A stretch of 64,000 nucleotides of DNA, taken from assembly GCA_043827405.1 (NCBI GenBank), contig JBDRPD010000066.1, positions 32,001 to 96,000 of the forward strand. Reading direction: 5' to 3'. A program made the translations under genes and the position numbers. A model generated the notes under the pieces. The model made no database searches. It saw only the letters and a program-made list of their open reading frames with translations, and was not told where the DNA came from. Of the stretch, positions 18,278 to 28,395 are shown one piece after another. Every line of letters begins with the position of its first letter. Within the stretch, counting starts at the first letter, position 1. This DNA comes from Elusimicrobiota bacterium. Its GTDB lineage: Bacteria > Elusimicrobiota > Elusimicrobia > UBA1565.

Positions 18278-19303
18278 GTGAGACATCCTCTGCCGTTGTT
18301 TCTGCTGGCTGCCATGCTGGTCGTTCCGCGGGCTCATGCCCAGGAGGGACCGGGCACGACCGGGGCCAACTTCCTGAAGATCGGTGTGGGTGCACGGCAG
18401 GTCGCGATGGGCGAGGCTGTCGTGGGCATCGCCGATGATGTTAATTCTATGTTCTACAACCCTGCGGGGCTTGGGATGCTGACGCGAAAGGAAGTCTCCG
18501 TGATGCACAACAGCTATATCGAAGGTCTGCGTCAGGAGGTCGGCGCGATGGCGTTTCCGACGCGGCACTTCGGGACCCTCGGCCTCGGTCTCAATATGCT
18601 CAAGGTGGAGGAGTTCGATTCGTACGACACTTTGGATCAGAAAGTCGGCTCTATCGATGCGCAGGATATGGCAGCCAATGTCTCCTATGCCATTGAGATT
18701 GGCCGGCTGCGGCGGGTCTCGGTCGGCGGAACAGCGAGGTTCTTGCGCTCGCGTCTCGATACCTATACGGCGAGCGCCACTATGTTCGATATAGGCATTT
18801 TGGCACGCTACGGTCTCGAGGGGGCGTACGAGAAGCGCTACCGTCTTGGCGCTTCGGTTCGAAATTTGGGCCAAGACCAGAAGTTCATCGGCCAGCCTTT
18901 TAAGCTCCCCCAGAGCCTGCATGTCGGCGGCAGCCGCGACGCCCCGCTGCCCCACCCTTTCGAGGATATGCGCAACATCATCTCGCTGGAAATGGTAGTG
19001 CCCAACGACGACATCCCTTATGTCGCTACGGGCCTGGAGTTGCGCATCGTCAAAGAGTTCGCGATCCGGGTGGGCTACCGCACGGGGCAGGATTTGGGAT
19101 TCGGCTTGACCGTGGGGTTCGGCTTCACCTCGCTGCACCGGGGCTTTGTCCCCAAATGGGTGCCCGAGGTTTCTATGGACTACGCTTTGGTAGACTATGG
19201 GCTGCTGGAGCAGGCGCACCGCATCGGTTTCTCGATGCGGTTCGGCAGCGACAAGTACATGCTGGATGAATTCGACTCTTTATTCGACCCGACGCAGGAT
19301 TAG
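18278..19303 (+). CDS. PorV/PorQ-family (FadL-like) outer-membrane beta-barrel
   Basis: Signal peptide; GTTGANFLKIGVGARQVAMGEA and YNPAGL family motifs; beta-strand pattern. Confidence 0.85.
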   Translation: MRHPLPLFLLAAMLVVPRAHAQEGPGTTGANFLKIGVGARQVAMGEAVVGIADDVNSMFYNPAGLGMLTRKEVSVMHNSYIEGLRQEVGAMAFPTRHFGTLGLGLNMLKVEEFDSYDTLDQKVGSIDAQDMAANVSYAIEIGRLRRVSVGGTARFLRSRLDTYTASATMFDIGILARYGLEGAYEKRYRLGASVRNLGQDQKFIGQPFKLPQSLHVGGSRDAPLPHPFEDMRNIISLEMVVPNDDIPYVATGLELRIVKEFAIRVGYRTGQDLGFGLTVGFGFTSLHRGFVPKWVPEVSMDYALVDYGLLEQAHRIGFSMRFGSDKYMLDEFDSLFDPTQD

Positions 19304-19312
19304 AGGCAGGTT

Positions 19313-21604
19313 ATGAGCAAACGCATATGCATGGTGCTGTGGGCGATACCTATACTACTAGCGTTGTGCGGTCGCGCACACGCGCTTTTCACGCCCGCCG
19401 CCACGGCTTCGTCGGGGACCGTGCCGTCGGGACTAATATACCAGGGTCGCTTGGAGGACGCCGGCGTGCCGGCCGCAGGCCTTAAGAATATGGTCTTTCG
19501 TCTATACGACACGGCTTCCGGCGGCACGCCGCTTTGGGACAGCGGGACGCAATCGGTGAGCGTTAATGGCGGCGTTTTCGGGGTCGTGCTGGATATTCCT
19601 CTGGGCGCGCTTGCGGGCAAGAAGCAACGGTACATTGAGCTTATTATTGAGGGTATTACGCTAACGCCGCGCGACCCGCTGCAGAGCGTGCCCTACGCCA
19701 AGATCGCGCAATCGGTTGAGGGGTCGATTGAGATCACCGGGGGCGGCTTCACGCTGTCGAACGCCGATGGCCCGATCCTGCATGTCGATTCGGCCACGGC
19801 GCAGGTCGGCATAGGTACGGATACCTTTTCCGGGGCGGGGATCAAGCTGCAGACGCATGGCGGCGACGTCGTTATCGGCAGCCCGGCGATGGTGGGCGGC
19901 ACCAGCGATGACGATTTGTTTGTCGAGGGCAACCTCAGCGTCGACGGTCAGGTGTCCTTCCAGGGCGCGAGCTTCGCCGACTTGGGGGTCGCGACGAATA
20001 CCAATACCGGGGAACTGTTTAAGGTAGGAGAAGGGACTTTTACGGTGCTCACTACGGGCCGCGTCGGTATCGGCACGAACAACCCCGGGGGGACCCTCGA
20101 TGTGGACGCCGGCGACGTGCCGGGCATCCTGCTCCAGCATGCGACCCGGCCGCAGATCAAGCTGCAGGCCAATCATGTGGATAAGCTGGTGCTGGAGCAT
20201 GATGGTTCGGTAGGACGCGTTAACGCCCTGACTTCGGATCTCGTGCTGGAGACCAACAGCAGCGAGGTCATGCGTCTTGAATCCGGCGGCAATGTCGGCA
20301 TCGGCGGCGCTCCCGGGGCCTTTAAGCTGGATGTGACGGGAAGCGTCAATATTTCGGGCGGGCTTACTCTGGGAACGGATCTGCCGCTCGGGTCCGGCGG
20401 GACAGGGGCTTCGAGCGCGGGGGCGGCGCAGACAAATCTCGACGTGCCGTCGCGCAGCGGCCAGAACGCCTCCGGCAGCTGGACCATCAATATCGTCGAT
20501 GTCGGCGGAGGCACCACCGGCAATGCCGCCAAGGCCGCGGCGCTGAGCGCCGCGCCGGCGACCTGCCTGGTCTCGGGACAGTTCGCCAAGGGCATTCAGG
20601 CCGACGGCGACGCCATCTGCGTCGACGTCGCCAGCGAAATCCCGGAGACCGGCATCGAGGATATTATCTACGACAATGACAACAATCTGACGACGATCGG
20701 CGGCCCTTGGGGAGTCGAGGCGTCGGGTACCAATGATATCAACTTCGACAAGACCGATAATACGTTCTTTATTGATGTGAGCCAGAATTATGTCGGCATC
20801 GGCACCAACCTGCCGAACGATAAGCTTGATGTACAGGGCGGGGACATCAATACCAGCGGCAAGATTCGCGAGGGCGGCAATGAGCTGGTGCCGGCGGGGA
20901 TGATTTTATTCTTCAATCTCGCTTCTTGTCCCGCCGGCTGGACCGAGCTCGCGGTGGCCAGCGGCCGGGCCATCGTCGGCAAGGTGCCGGCGGGGACGCT
21001 GCTCGGGGTGCCGCCGGGCATAGCGCCTTATACAAACCTGGAGGACCGTGCGCATACGCATGATATGCAGAACCATAAGCATACGGTGGACCCGGATAAC
21101 GGGACGCCGCATTCCCATGGCCCCGGAACCCATACCCATTCGGTCGATCCCGGCGGAAACCATAATCATACGGTCGCCGATCATAACCATTCCGTGGATC
21201 TAGGCAATCATAACCATACAGGACCGAACCATCAGCATGGATTCGATGTTCCCGGGTCTTGGTCTGGCGGGCCTAGTGGGAATGTGAATGTCGGTGGTGG
21301 TGGTACCGATGTCGGTAGTGGTAGCCATGGCCATTGGGTCGACCCAGGTGCGGGGACTTCGGGTTGGGGCGGCAACGGGAATACCAGCAATCACAACCCC
21401 GATCCGGTTACTAGCGGTGATGCCGGTTCGGGTAATACAGGAGATTATAATCCAGGAAGCGTGGCTAGTGGCGCCCCGAGCGCAAACAATACAACAACAA
21501 CCGACTTGGCACCGGTGCAGTCGGGCAATCCGAGCACGAATACGACGGGCTCGACCAGCCATACCCTGCCGTACATACAACTGCTGGTATGCGAGAAGAC
21601 TTGA
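19313..21604 (+). CDS. Exported phage-tail-fibre-like adhesin (paralog 1)
   Basis: Signal peptide; YQGRL..FRLYD..SVPYA N-domain; VGIGT repeats; collar-like VPAGMILFF..CPAGW; nine HxH motifs; ends LPYIQLLVCEKT. Confidence 0.8.
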   Translation: MSKRICMVLWAIPILLALCGRAHALFTPAATASSGTVPSGLIYQGRLEDAGVPAAGLKNMVFRLYDTASGGTPLWDSGTQSVSVNGGVFGVVLDIPLGALAGKKQRYIELIIEGITLTPRDPLQSVPYAKIAQSVEGSIEITGGGFTLSNADGPILHVDSATAQVGIGTDTFSGAGIKLQTHGGDVVIGSPAMVGGTSDDDLFVEGNLSVDGQVSFQGASFADLGVATNTNTGELFKVGEGTFTVLTTGRVGIGTNNPGGTLDVDAGDVPGILLQHATRPQIKLQANHVDKLVLEHDGSVGRVNALTSDLVLETNSSEVMRLESGGNVGIGGAPGAFKLDVTGSVNISGGLTLGTDLPLGSGGTGASSAGAAQTNLDVPSRSGQNASGSWTINIVDVGGGTTGNAAKAAALSAAPATCLVSGQFAKGIQADGDAICVDVASEIPETGIEDIIYDNDNNLTTIGGPWGVEASGTNDINFDKTDNTFFIDVSQNYVGIGTNLPNDKLDVQGGDINTSGKIREGGNELVPAGMILFFNLASCPAGWTELAVASGRAIVGKVPAGTLLGVPPGIAPYTNLEDRAHTHDMQNHKHTVDPDNGTPHSHGPGTHTHSVDPGGNHNHTVADHNHSVDLGNHNHTGPNHQHGFDVPGSWSGGPSGNVNVGGGGTDVGSGSHGHWVDPGAGTSGWGGNGNTSNHNPDPVTSGDAGSGNTGDYNPGSVASGAPSANNTTTTDLAPVQSGNPSTNTTGSTSHTLPYIQLLVCEKT

Positions 21605-21621
21605 TTAGGTAGATCGAGATA

Positions 21622-23967
21622 ATGAAGCGTGTCGGACATATTCTAATTCTGCTGAGCGCGGCCCTGATATGCGCCGGGGCGGTCCGGTATGCCGCGGCCA
21701 ATTACCGTCCGAGCATGACCTACGATACCGGGACCGTGCCCGGCGGCATCAACTTCCAGGGGCGCCTGGCGAATGACGGCACGGCGGTTACCGGTCAGCG
21801 CAATCTCGTGTTTCGGCTTTACGATGCGGCCGAGGGAGGCACCTTGCTGTGGCAGAGCCTGCTGCTTTCGACTCAGTTCGAAGAGGGTATTTTCGGCGTC
21901 ACGCTCGATATCCCCACCGACGCGCTTATGGGCGCGGGCATGAAGTATCTCGAGTTCGAGGTTAACAATATTATCCTGCTGCCGCGCGAGCCGCTGCGCC
22001 CCGTCCCCTATGCCCGTATCGCCGAGGTCGTCGAAGGCTCGATCGATATTTCCAGCGGCAGCCTGGCGGTATCTACCGCCGCTTTGGACGGCAATGCCAT
22101 CTACGCCTCTTCGGCCGCCGGGTCGGTCGGCTTCGGCACTACGCAGACGCAAGCCGGACAGATTATGCGGGTGGATGCCGGGGATTGGTCCGTGGGTTAT
22201 CCGACGAACAGTAATCCCTCGGCCCAAGAGGATATTTTCATTGAGGGGAATATCGTTATCGGCGGCATCCTGATCGGCGGTCCGGGATTCAGCAACCGGG
22301 TGGAGCTGCTCGTGGTCTCGACCGAGACCAATTCCGGCGAGCGTGCCAAGATCGGCGAAGGCTATCTCACCGTGCTCGACAGCGGCCGGGTCGGGATCAG
22401 TTCAATCACGCCGGGCGCGCCGCTGGGCATCGACGCCAATACGGTGCCGGCGGTGCAGCTTAATCATGCGACGCAGTCCCAGCTTCGCCTCACCCGAGCC
22501 GGCAGCTCCCGTCTGGTCGCGGAAGGCGGTGTTTCGATTTCGACGCTGGGCACGGTCGCGGCCGATGATCTGATCCTGGAAGCGAACAGCGTCGAGGTGC
22601 TGCGGGTCACCTCCGGCGGACGCGTCGGGATTAGCTCGGCGGTTCCCACCGCCGCCCTCGGGGTCGAGGGCAGCGCTAATGTCTCCCTGGGGGCGACTCT
22701 GGGAACGCCGCTGGCGGTCGTCAACGGCGGCACCGGCGGCGCGACCGCGGCGGCCGCCCGGACGGCCTTGGACCTCCCGTCGCGTACCGGGAGCGACGCC
22801 TCCGGCAGTTGGGCGATCGATATCGTCGCGGGGACCGCGGGAACCGGGTCCGCGGCGACCTTCGACGCCTATGTCGCCGCTCCGAGCGTATGCGCGACGG
22901 CCTCCTACTTCTCGACCGGCATCGCGGCCAACGGCGACGCGGTGGGATGCGCCTACAGCGCGGAGAGCGCCGATCTTTCGGAGGCCAGCGTGGAGCCGGT
23001 GATCTACGATAATGACAATATCCTGCGCAGCCCCTGGGAGGTCGCCTCCGCGGGAGCCTATGATATCTTTTTCGACTCCCCGACCTTCTATATCGACGTC
23101 TCGGCCAACCGGGTCGGCATAAGCACGCGGGTGCCGCCCTATACTTTGCATGTCGAGGACGGCGATATCGATACCAGCGGCAAAATCCAGGAAGACAACG
23201 CCGATCTGATCCCCGCCGGCGCGATCACCTTCTCGACGATCCCGGCGGGCTGTCCGTCCGGCTGGTCGGAGTTTACGGCGGCGCGCGGTTTTATGATCGC
23301 CGGCCTGCCCGGTATGGTCGTGGGCTCGCCCGCCACCGGTACGCCGGGTGGGGCGGTCGGCGTTGCGTTGGGAGATCAGGCGACCTTGACCACGCATGCG
23401 CATGATCTCTCGAATCATACCCATACCTTCGATACCCCGGCGCACTCTCATACTCCGGGCGTCCATTCGCATCAGTGGAGCGCAGGCGTTAGCCATAACC
23501 ATACCATTAGCGATCATCAGCATTGGTCGGATCCTATTGGGAACCATCAGCATAGTGGGCCTAGTCACACGCATTCTATGGATCCTCCATGGGATGATCT
23601 TCCAGACAATGATGATACCTTTCGCGTGGGAGGCAGTGCGTGTAGCCCGGCAAACTGCCCAGTAGTAATTAGTGATCACTGGCACGGTTATGATGCAAGT
23701 AGTTTGACTTCAGATGCCGGAGGAACAGGTAATACCGGGTTGACCGATCCGGGCGGCGCAAATTCCAGCTCGGACGGATCGGTCGGTACCGGCAACTCCA
23801 ACTACATCCCCGGCATCGCCACTTCAGGCGCGCCGAGCGCGAACAGTACCGATACTGAAACGATGAGCGGGACTTCCGGCGGGCCGGATGGGGGGCTTAA
23901 CACCACGAGCACGGACAATAATCCGACCGCTCCCTACCTGCAGCTTTGGGTCTGCCAAAAGACCTAA
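21622..23967 (+). CDS. Exported phage-tail-fibre-like adhesin (paralog 2)
   Basis: Colinear with 19313..21604: FQGRL..FRLYD..PVPYA, VGISS repeats, IPAGAITF..CPSGW, nine HxH motifs, ends APYLQLWVCQKT. Confidence 0.8.
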   Translation: MKRVGHILILLSAALICAGAVRYAAANYRPSMTYDTGTVPGGINFQGRLANDGTAVTGQRNLVFRLYDAAEGGTLLWQSLLLSTQFEEGIFGVTLDIPTDALMGAGMKYLEFEVNNIILLPREPLRPVPYARIAEVVEGSIDISSGSLAVSTAALDGNAIYASSAAGSVGFGTTQTQAGQIMRVDAGDWSVGYPTNSNPSAQEDIFIEGNIVIGGILIGGPGFSNRVELLVVSTETNSGERAKIGEGYLTVLDSGRVGISSITPGAPLGIDANTVPAVQLNHATQSQLRLTRAGSSRLVAEGGVSISTLGTVAADDLILEANSVEVLRVTSGGRVGISSAVPTAALGVEGSANVSLGATLGTPLAVVNGGTGGATAAAARTALDLPSRTGSDASGSWAIDIVAGTAGTGSAATFDAYVAAPSVCATASYFSTGIAANGDAVGCAYSAESADLSEASVEPVIYDNDNILRSPWEVASAGAYDIFFDSPTFYIDVSANRVGISTRVPPYTLHVEDGDIDTSGKIQEDNADLIPAGAITFSTIPAGCPSGWSEFTAARGFMIAGLPGMVVGSPATGTPGGAVGVALGDQATLTTHAHDLSNHTHTFDTPAHSHTPGVHSHQWSAGVSHNHTISDHQHWSDPIGNHQHSGPSHTHSMDPPWDDLPDNDDTFRVGGSACSPANCPVVISDHWHGYDASSLTSDAGGTGNTGLTDPGGANSSSDGSVGTGNSNYIPGIATSGAPSANSTDTETMSGTSGGPDGGLNTTSTDNNPTAPYLQLWVCQKT

Positions 23968-24012
23968 CAGCCGGGGCGGTCGTTACCGCCAAGAGATTGA
24001 TATAATCCCCGC

Positions 24013-24171
24013 ATGGAGACCGCTCTTCTTACTATCGGCGTGATGGCCCTATGCTTCGTGGGGCTGGGGATCGGTCTCATCCTGTCCAAGAAGATCTGCA
24101 TCAAGGGTTCCTGCGGCGGCGCCAATAAGGACCCTAACAGCGCCTGCCCGGACTGCAGCCGCAGAAAATAA
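24013..24171 (+). CDS. nqrM: Na+-NQR maturation factor NqrM (52 aa; absent from ORF track)
   Basis: Manual translation METALLTIGVMALCFVGLGIGLILSKKICIKGSCGGANKDPNSACPDCSRRK: one TM helix + IKGSCGG + CxxC; adjacent to apbE/nqr. Confidence 0.85.
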   Translation: METALLTIGVMALCFVGLGIGLILSKKICIKGSCGGANKDPNSACPDCSRRK

Positions 24172-24180
24172 GAGGACGGT

Positions 24181-25236
24181 CTAGCCGCCGCTCGCGCGCG
24201 GAAAGCCCGGCGTCGAAGTCACCGTAAATCCGCCCTTTTCATCGGCGGAGATGAAAAGCGCCTCCCAGCCGGGATGCTCTTCGATAAAGCCTCTCCCGCG
24301 CTCGGCGCCCAGCACCATGACGGCGGTGGCGGCCGCGTCGGCTTCCATGCATGTCGGGGCGGTAATCGATACGCTGGCCAGGCCGTGTTCGACGGGCCGG
24401 CCGGTGCGGGGGTCGATGAAATGGGCGTAGCGGCGGCCGTCGCGGGTATAGAAGTTGCGGTAGCCGCCCGAGGTCGCCAGCGCCGCGTTATGCAGGCTTA
24501 CGAAGGCGCTGAACTGTCCGCCCGGCGGAGCCCCGTCATGCGGGGTATCGATGCCGATTCTCCAGGGGCGCCCCCTGGGGTTTTTGCCCTGCGCGAAGAC
24601 TTCACCGCCTATTTCGACCATGAAGTTCTGGTGTCCGCGCGCCTTAATCAGGCGGGCAACCGCATCGACTCCGTAGCCTTTGGCTATGGCGCTGAGGTCC
24701 ACGCGCAGACTGGAGATATCTTTGCCTAAAGCGGGGGGGGTATCCCAGGTCTTGAGACGACGGTAGCCGGTATGGCTGCGCGCGGCGGCGATCGCCGTAT
24801 CGCCGGGGAGCTCCTTGCTCCGCGCCGCCGGACCGAAGCCCCATAGATCGACCAGCGGGCCGATCGTCGGATCGAAAGCCCCCCGGGTCTCCTCGGCGAT
24901 GCGCCGCGCCGTGCGTACGACATCGAGCGTTTCCGGAGAAACAGAGAATGGCTGCCGGCTTATTGAGCGGTTGAAGCGCGACAGCTCGCTCTCAGGGTCA
25001 TAGGTCGACATCTTCTTATTGATCGCCGCCAAGAGTATATCGATATCGCTTTTCAGCCTCCCCTGCCGGTCCGGAGGCATGGTTTCCGCGAGCGTGATGT
25101 GGTAAGAGGTCCCCATGGTGCGCCCTTCGAGCTTGACGGCTGTCGGCGCAGGCTGGGCGCAGGCAAGCGCCGCGGCGGCGAGGAGGGGGGTAAAACAGCA
25201 GGGCCTCTTGTTTAGAGGCCCTGCATCAGAACTCAT
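24181..25236 (-). CDS. apbE: FAD:protein FMN transferase
   Basis: GRTMGT, DLSAIAKGYGVD, EIGGE, ATSGGY, IDPRTG; lipobox. Confidence 0.95.
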   Translation of the reverse strand: MSSDAGPLNKRPCCFTPLLAAAALACAQPAPTAVKLEGRTMGTSYHITLAETMPPDRQGRLKSDIDILLAAINKKMSTYDPESELSRFNRSISRQPFSVSPETLDVVRTARRIAEETRGAFDPTIGPLVDLWGFGPAARSKELPGDTAIAAARSHTGYRRLKTWDTPPALGKDISSLRVDLSAIAKGYGVDAVARLIKARGHQNFMVEIGGEVFAQGKNPRGRPWRIGIDTPHDGAPPGGQFSAFVSLHNAALATSGGYRNFYTRDGRRYAHFIDPRTGRPVEHGLASVSITAPTCMEADAAATAVMVLGAERGRGFIEEHPGWEALFISADEKGGFTVTSTPGFPRASGG

Positions 25237-26458
25237 CGTACGCGATCATGTCCTTCTCGACGCCCAGATCGTAGAGCATCTTATTGACCGCGCTGTTCAT
25301 TAGCGGCGGGCCGCACATGTAGTATTCGATTTCGGTCGGGTCCGCATGGTCTTTCAGATAGTGTTCGTAGACGACTTGATGGATGAACCCCTTGGGCCCG
25401 GTCCAGTTGTCCTCGGGGAGCGGCTCCGAGAGCCCGACGTTGTAGGAGAAATTCGGGAAGTCGTTGGCAATCTGCCGGAAATCGTCGTCGTAAAACATTT
25501 CGCGCAGCGAGCGCGCGCCGTACCAGAAGGACACCTTGCGCTTGGTCTTAAGCGTCCTGAACAGGTGCAGGATATGCGAGCGCATCGGCGCCATGCCCGC
25601 GCCGCCGCCCACATACATCATCTCGCGGTCGGTGTCCTTGATGAAGAACTCGCCGTAGGGGCCGCTGACGGTCACTTTGTCACCCGCCTTGAGGTTGAAA
25701 ATCCAGGATGAGGCGATCCCCGGCGGAATGCCCGTGGTCCGCGGAGGAGGGGTGGCGATGCGGACGTTGAGCATTACAATATTGCCCTCGGCGGGGTGGT
25801 TGGCCATCGAGTAGGCGCGGATGACGGGTTCGTCGCTCTTGGCGACGTAGTCCCAGACCTTAAACTTGTCCCAGTCGCCGCGGTACTGCTGCTCGACGTC
25901 GAACTCGGTGAACTTGAGCGGGCCGTAAGCGGGGATTTCGATCTGGATGTAGCCGCCGGACTGGAAGTCGATGGACTCGCCGCCGCCGATCTCCAGGACA
26001 AGCTCCTTGATGAATGTCGCGACGTTGTCATTCGAGCGGACCGTGCAGTCGTACTTTTTAATGCTGAAAATTTCATCTGGGACCTTGATCTTCATGGCCT
26101 TGCGGACCTTGACCTGGCAGGCGAGCCGCCAGTGCTCCTTTTGCTGCGGGCGGGTCAAATGGCCGGTCTCGGTCGGCAGCACGTCGCCGCCTCCTTCGAG
26201 GACCTGACATCTGCACATGGCGCAGGTGCCGCCGCCGCCGCAGGCCGAAGGGATGAATATCTTCTGGCTCGACAGCGCGCTTAAGAGCGTTTGGCCGGTC
26301 GAGACTTGGGGGCTCTTCTCGGGGTCGTCGTTTATGAGGAGCTGGACATCGCCGGTCTGGACGAGATACTTCTCCGAGACGGAAACGAGGATGACCATGA
26401 GCAGGATTGTCCCGGTGAAGACGAGGACGCTGAGCAGAACGAAGCCGGTGATTCCCAT
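25226..26458 (-). CDS. nqrF: Na+-translocating NADH:quinone reductase subunit F
   Basis: SACGGGGTCAMC 2Fe-2S motif, RAYSMAN, GGGAGMAP, YMCGPP. Confidence 0.98.
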   Translation of the reverse strand: MGITGFVLLSVLVFTGTILLMVILVSVSEKYLVQTGDVQLLINDDPEKSPQVSTGQTLLSALSSQKIFIPSACGGGGTCAMCRCQVLEGGGDVLPTETGHLTRPQQKEHWRLACQVKVRKAMKIKVPDEIFSIKKYDCTVRSNDNVATFIKELVLEIGGGESIDFQSGGYIQIEIPAYGPLKFTEFDVEQQYRGDWDKFKVWDYVAKSDEPVIRAYSMANHPAEGNIVMLNVRIATPPPRTTGIPPGIASSWIFNLKAGDKVTVSGPYGEFFIKDTDREMMYVGGGAGMAPMRSHILHLFRTLKTKRKVSFWYGARSLREMFYDDDFRQIANDFPNFSYNVGLSEPLPEDNWTGPKGFIHQVVYEHYLKDHADPTEIEYYMCGPPLMNSAVNKMLYDLGVEKDMIAYDEF

Positions 26459-27069
26459 TAGAGGCTGATCCCCGAGAACGCCATGAAGGCCATTGCCATG
26501 AGTCCCGTGATAACGAATGTCATCCCCAGGCCGCGCAGGCCCTGCGGGATGTTTGAGTAGCGGGTCTTGTAGCGGATAGCGGCCATGACGGTGATGGCCA
26601 TGGCCCAGCCGATGCCGGAGCCCAGGCCGAAGACGACGGATTCCCCGAGCGTATAGTTGCGCTCAACGAGAAAAAGCGAGGCGCCAAGAATAGCGCAGTT
26701 GACCGCGATAAGCGGCAGGAAGATGCCGAGTGCGGCGTAGAGCTTCTGGCTGAAGCTGTCGATGGCCATCTCGACGATCTGCACCATGGCGGCGATGACC
26801 GCGATGAAGGTTACAAATGACAGAAAGCTGAGGTCGACGTTCGGCAGACCCGCCCAAGCCAGAGCTCCCGGGGCCAGCAGGTAATGGAAGATCAGCCAGT
26901 TAACCGGCGCCGTAAAGCCGAGGACGAAGGTTACCGCGGTACCGAGGCCGATGGCGGTTTCGACCTTCTTGGAACAGGCCAAAAACGAGCACATGCCCAG
27001 GAAGTAGGCGAGAATGATATTCTCGACGAATATGGATTTGACGGCGAGCGAGAGATAGTGCTCAATCAT
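26458..27069 (-). CDS. nqrE: Na+-NQR subunit E
   Basis: [23 protein letters not shown]; operon position. Confidence 0.97.
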   Translation of the reverse strand: MIEHYLSLAVKSIFVENIILAYFLGMCSFLACSKKVETAIGLGTAVTFVLGFTAPVNWLIFHYLLAPGALAWAGLPNVDLSFLSFVTFIAVIAAMVQIVEMAIDSFSQKLYAALGIFLPLIAVNCAILGASLFLVERNYTLGESVVFGLGSGIGWAMAITVMAAIRYKTRYSNIPQGLRGLGMTFVITGLMAMAFMAFSGISL

Positions 27070-27685
27070 CCTTCGTCACTCCCATTGCGGTGCGTTGGGC
27101 CCAGGTGAGGAGCCCGACGATGATGAAGGCGGCGGGCGCCAAAACCATGAGCCCGTTGTTGACATAGCCGAGGTCATAGAGCGCGGATGGGACGATCTTG
27201 ATCCCGAATACTGAGCCGCTGCCGAGAATTTCGCGAATGGTCGCCACCGCCATCAATAGGATGCTGTAGCCGATTCCGTTGCCGACGCCGTCGATGAACG
27301 ATTCCTTCGGCGGGTTGGCCATGGCGAAGCCTTCGCCGCGCCCCAGTATGATGCAGTTGGTGATAATAAGACCAACAAAGACGCTCAGCTGCTTGCTGAT
27401 GTCGTAAACGTAGGCTTTGAGGATCTGGTCCACGACGATAACGAGCGACGCAACCACCGCAAGCATTACGATGATGCGGATCTTCGACGGGATGTAATTG
27501 CGCAGGAGCGAGATGATGACGTTCGAGCCGATGAGAACAACGGTGAGCGCGATGCTCATGACGAGCGCTGTGTTCATCTGCACGGTCACAGCCAGGGCCG
27601 AGCAGACGCCGAGTACCTGGAAGGTTATGGGGTTGTTTTCCCAGACCGGCTCCTTAAAAAGCTTCTTATCCTTGCGGGAGAGCAT
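27062..27685 (-). CDS. nqrD: Na+-NQR subunit D
   Basis: [27 protein letters not shown]. Confidence 0.97.
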   Translation of the reverse strand: MLSRKDKKLFKEPVWENNPITFQVLGVCSALAVTVQMNTALVMSIALTVVLIGSNVIISLLRNYIPSKIRIIVMLAVVASLVIVVDQILKAYVYDISKQLSVFVGLIITNCIILGRGEGFAMANPPKESFIDGVGNGIGYSILLMAVATIREILGSGSVFGIKIVPSALYDLGYVNNGLMVLAPAAFIIVGLLTWAQRTAMGVTKDD

Positions 27686-28395
27686 TATTGCTTCCTCCCT
27701 TTGGCCCGGTGCTGTCGGAAGAACCCGTCATAGTGCTTGAGGTCCGCGGCGAGGAATTTCATGACGCCTTTGCCGGTCAGCGTGGCGCCGCTGACGCCGT
27801 CAACCGCGTGGAACTGGTCGCCGGCGGGCACGGCTTCGGACGCTTTACCTTTGGCGACGATGATCGGGGCAAGGCCGCCCCGGTCGTCGACGATACGCTT
27901 GTTCTTGAAATTGTCAAGGAACCAGCTTTTTTCGATCTCGCCGCCCAGTCCCGGCGTTTCGCCATGCTGGTAGAAAGTGACGCCTTTGACGGTTACGCAG
28001 TCGGGCTCAAGCGCCATGTAGCCGTATATCGTCGACCATAGCCCCTTGCCCGAGACGGGGAAAGCGTAGGCTTCGATCTTCTCGCCGTCCTTGCGTACGA
28101 ATAGCGGCAGCAGGCCCGGGTCCTTTTTGGGGTCGAGATCCGCAGGCTTCTTATCCGCGACGGCATTGCCACCGGCGTCGATGACGCGTTCCTCGATGCG
28201 GGCGGCATAGAGCGCGGTGATTTTTTCGGGGATGGTCTCGTCGAAGCCGACCGAACGCAGAATATTCTTCTGGATGTCCAAGCGGACGTTGGCGGCCTGC
28301 TTGTCGCGCAGCAAGGTCGCGGCGCTCGATACAACGAGGCTGCAGGCGATGCAGACAGCGGCGGCGAAGCCGAAGGTGTAGCCCGTGCTACGCAT
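27685..28395 (-). CDS. nqrC: Na+-NQR subunit C
   Basis: [28 protein letters not shown]-attachment motif. Confidence 0.97.
   Translation of the reverse strand: MRSTGYTFGFAAAVCIACSLVVSSAATLLRDKQAANVRLDIQKNILRSVGFDETIPEKITALYAARIEERVIDAGGNAVADKKPADLDPKKDPGLLPLFVRKDGEKIEAYAFPVSGKGLWSTIYGYMALEPDCVTVKGVTFYQHGETPGLGGEIEKSWFLDNFKNKRIVDDRGGLAPIIVAKGKASEAVPAGDQFHAVDGVSGATLTGKGVMKFLAADLKHYDGFFRQHRAKGRKQ

Noticed and set aside
21200..23740. Diversity-generating retroelement acting on the fibre tips
   Set aside because: No reverse transcriptase and no near-identical template/variable repeat pair seen in the window
19313..23967. Prophage or tailocin interpretation of the fibre genes
   Set aside because: The fibres have signal peptides, and no phage structural, lysis or integrase genes flank them
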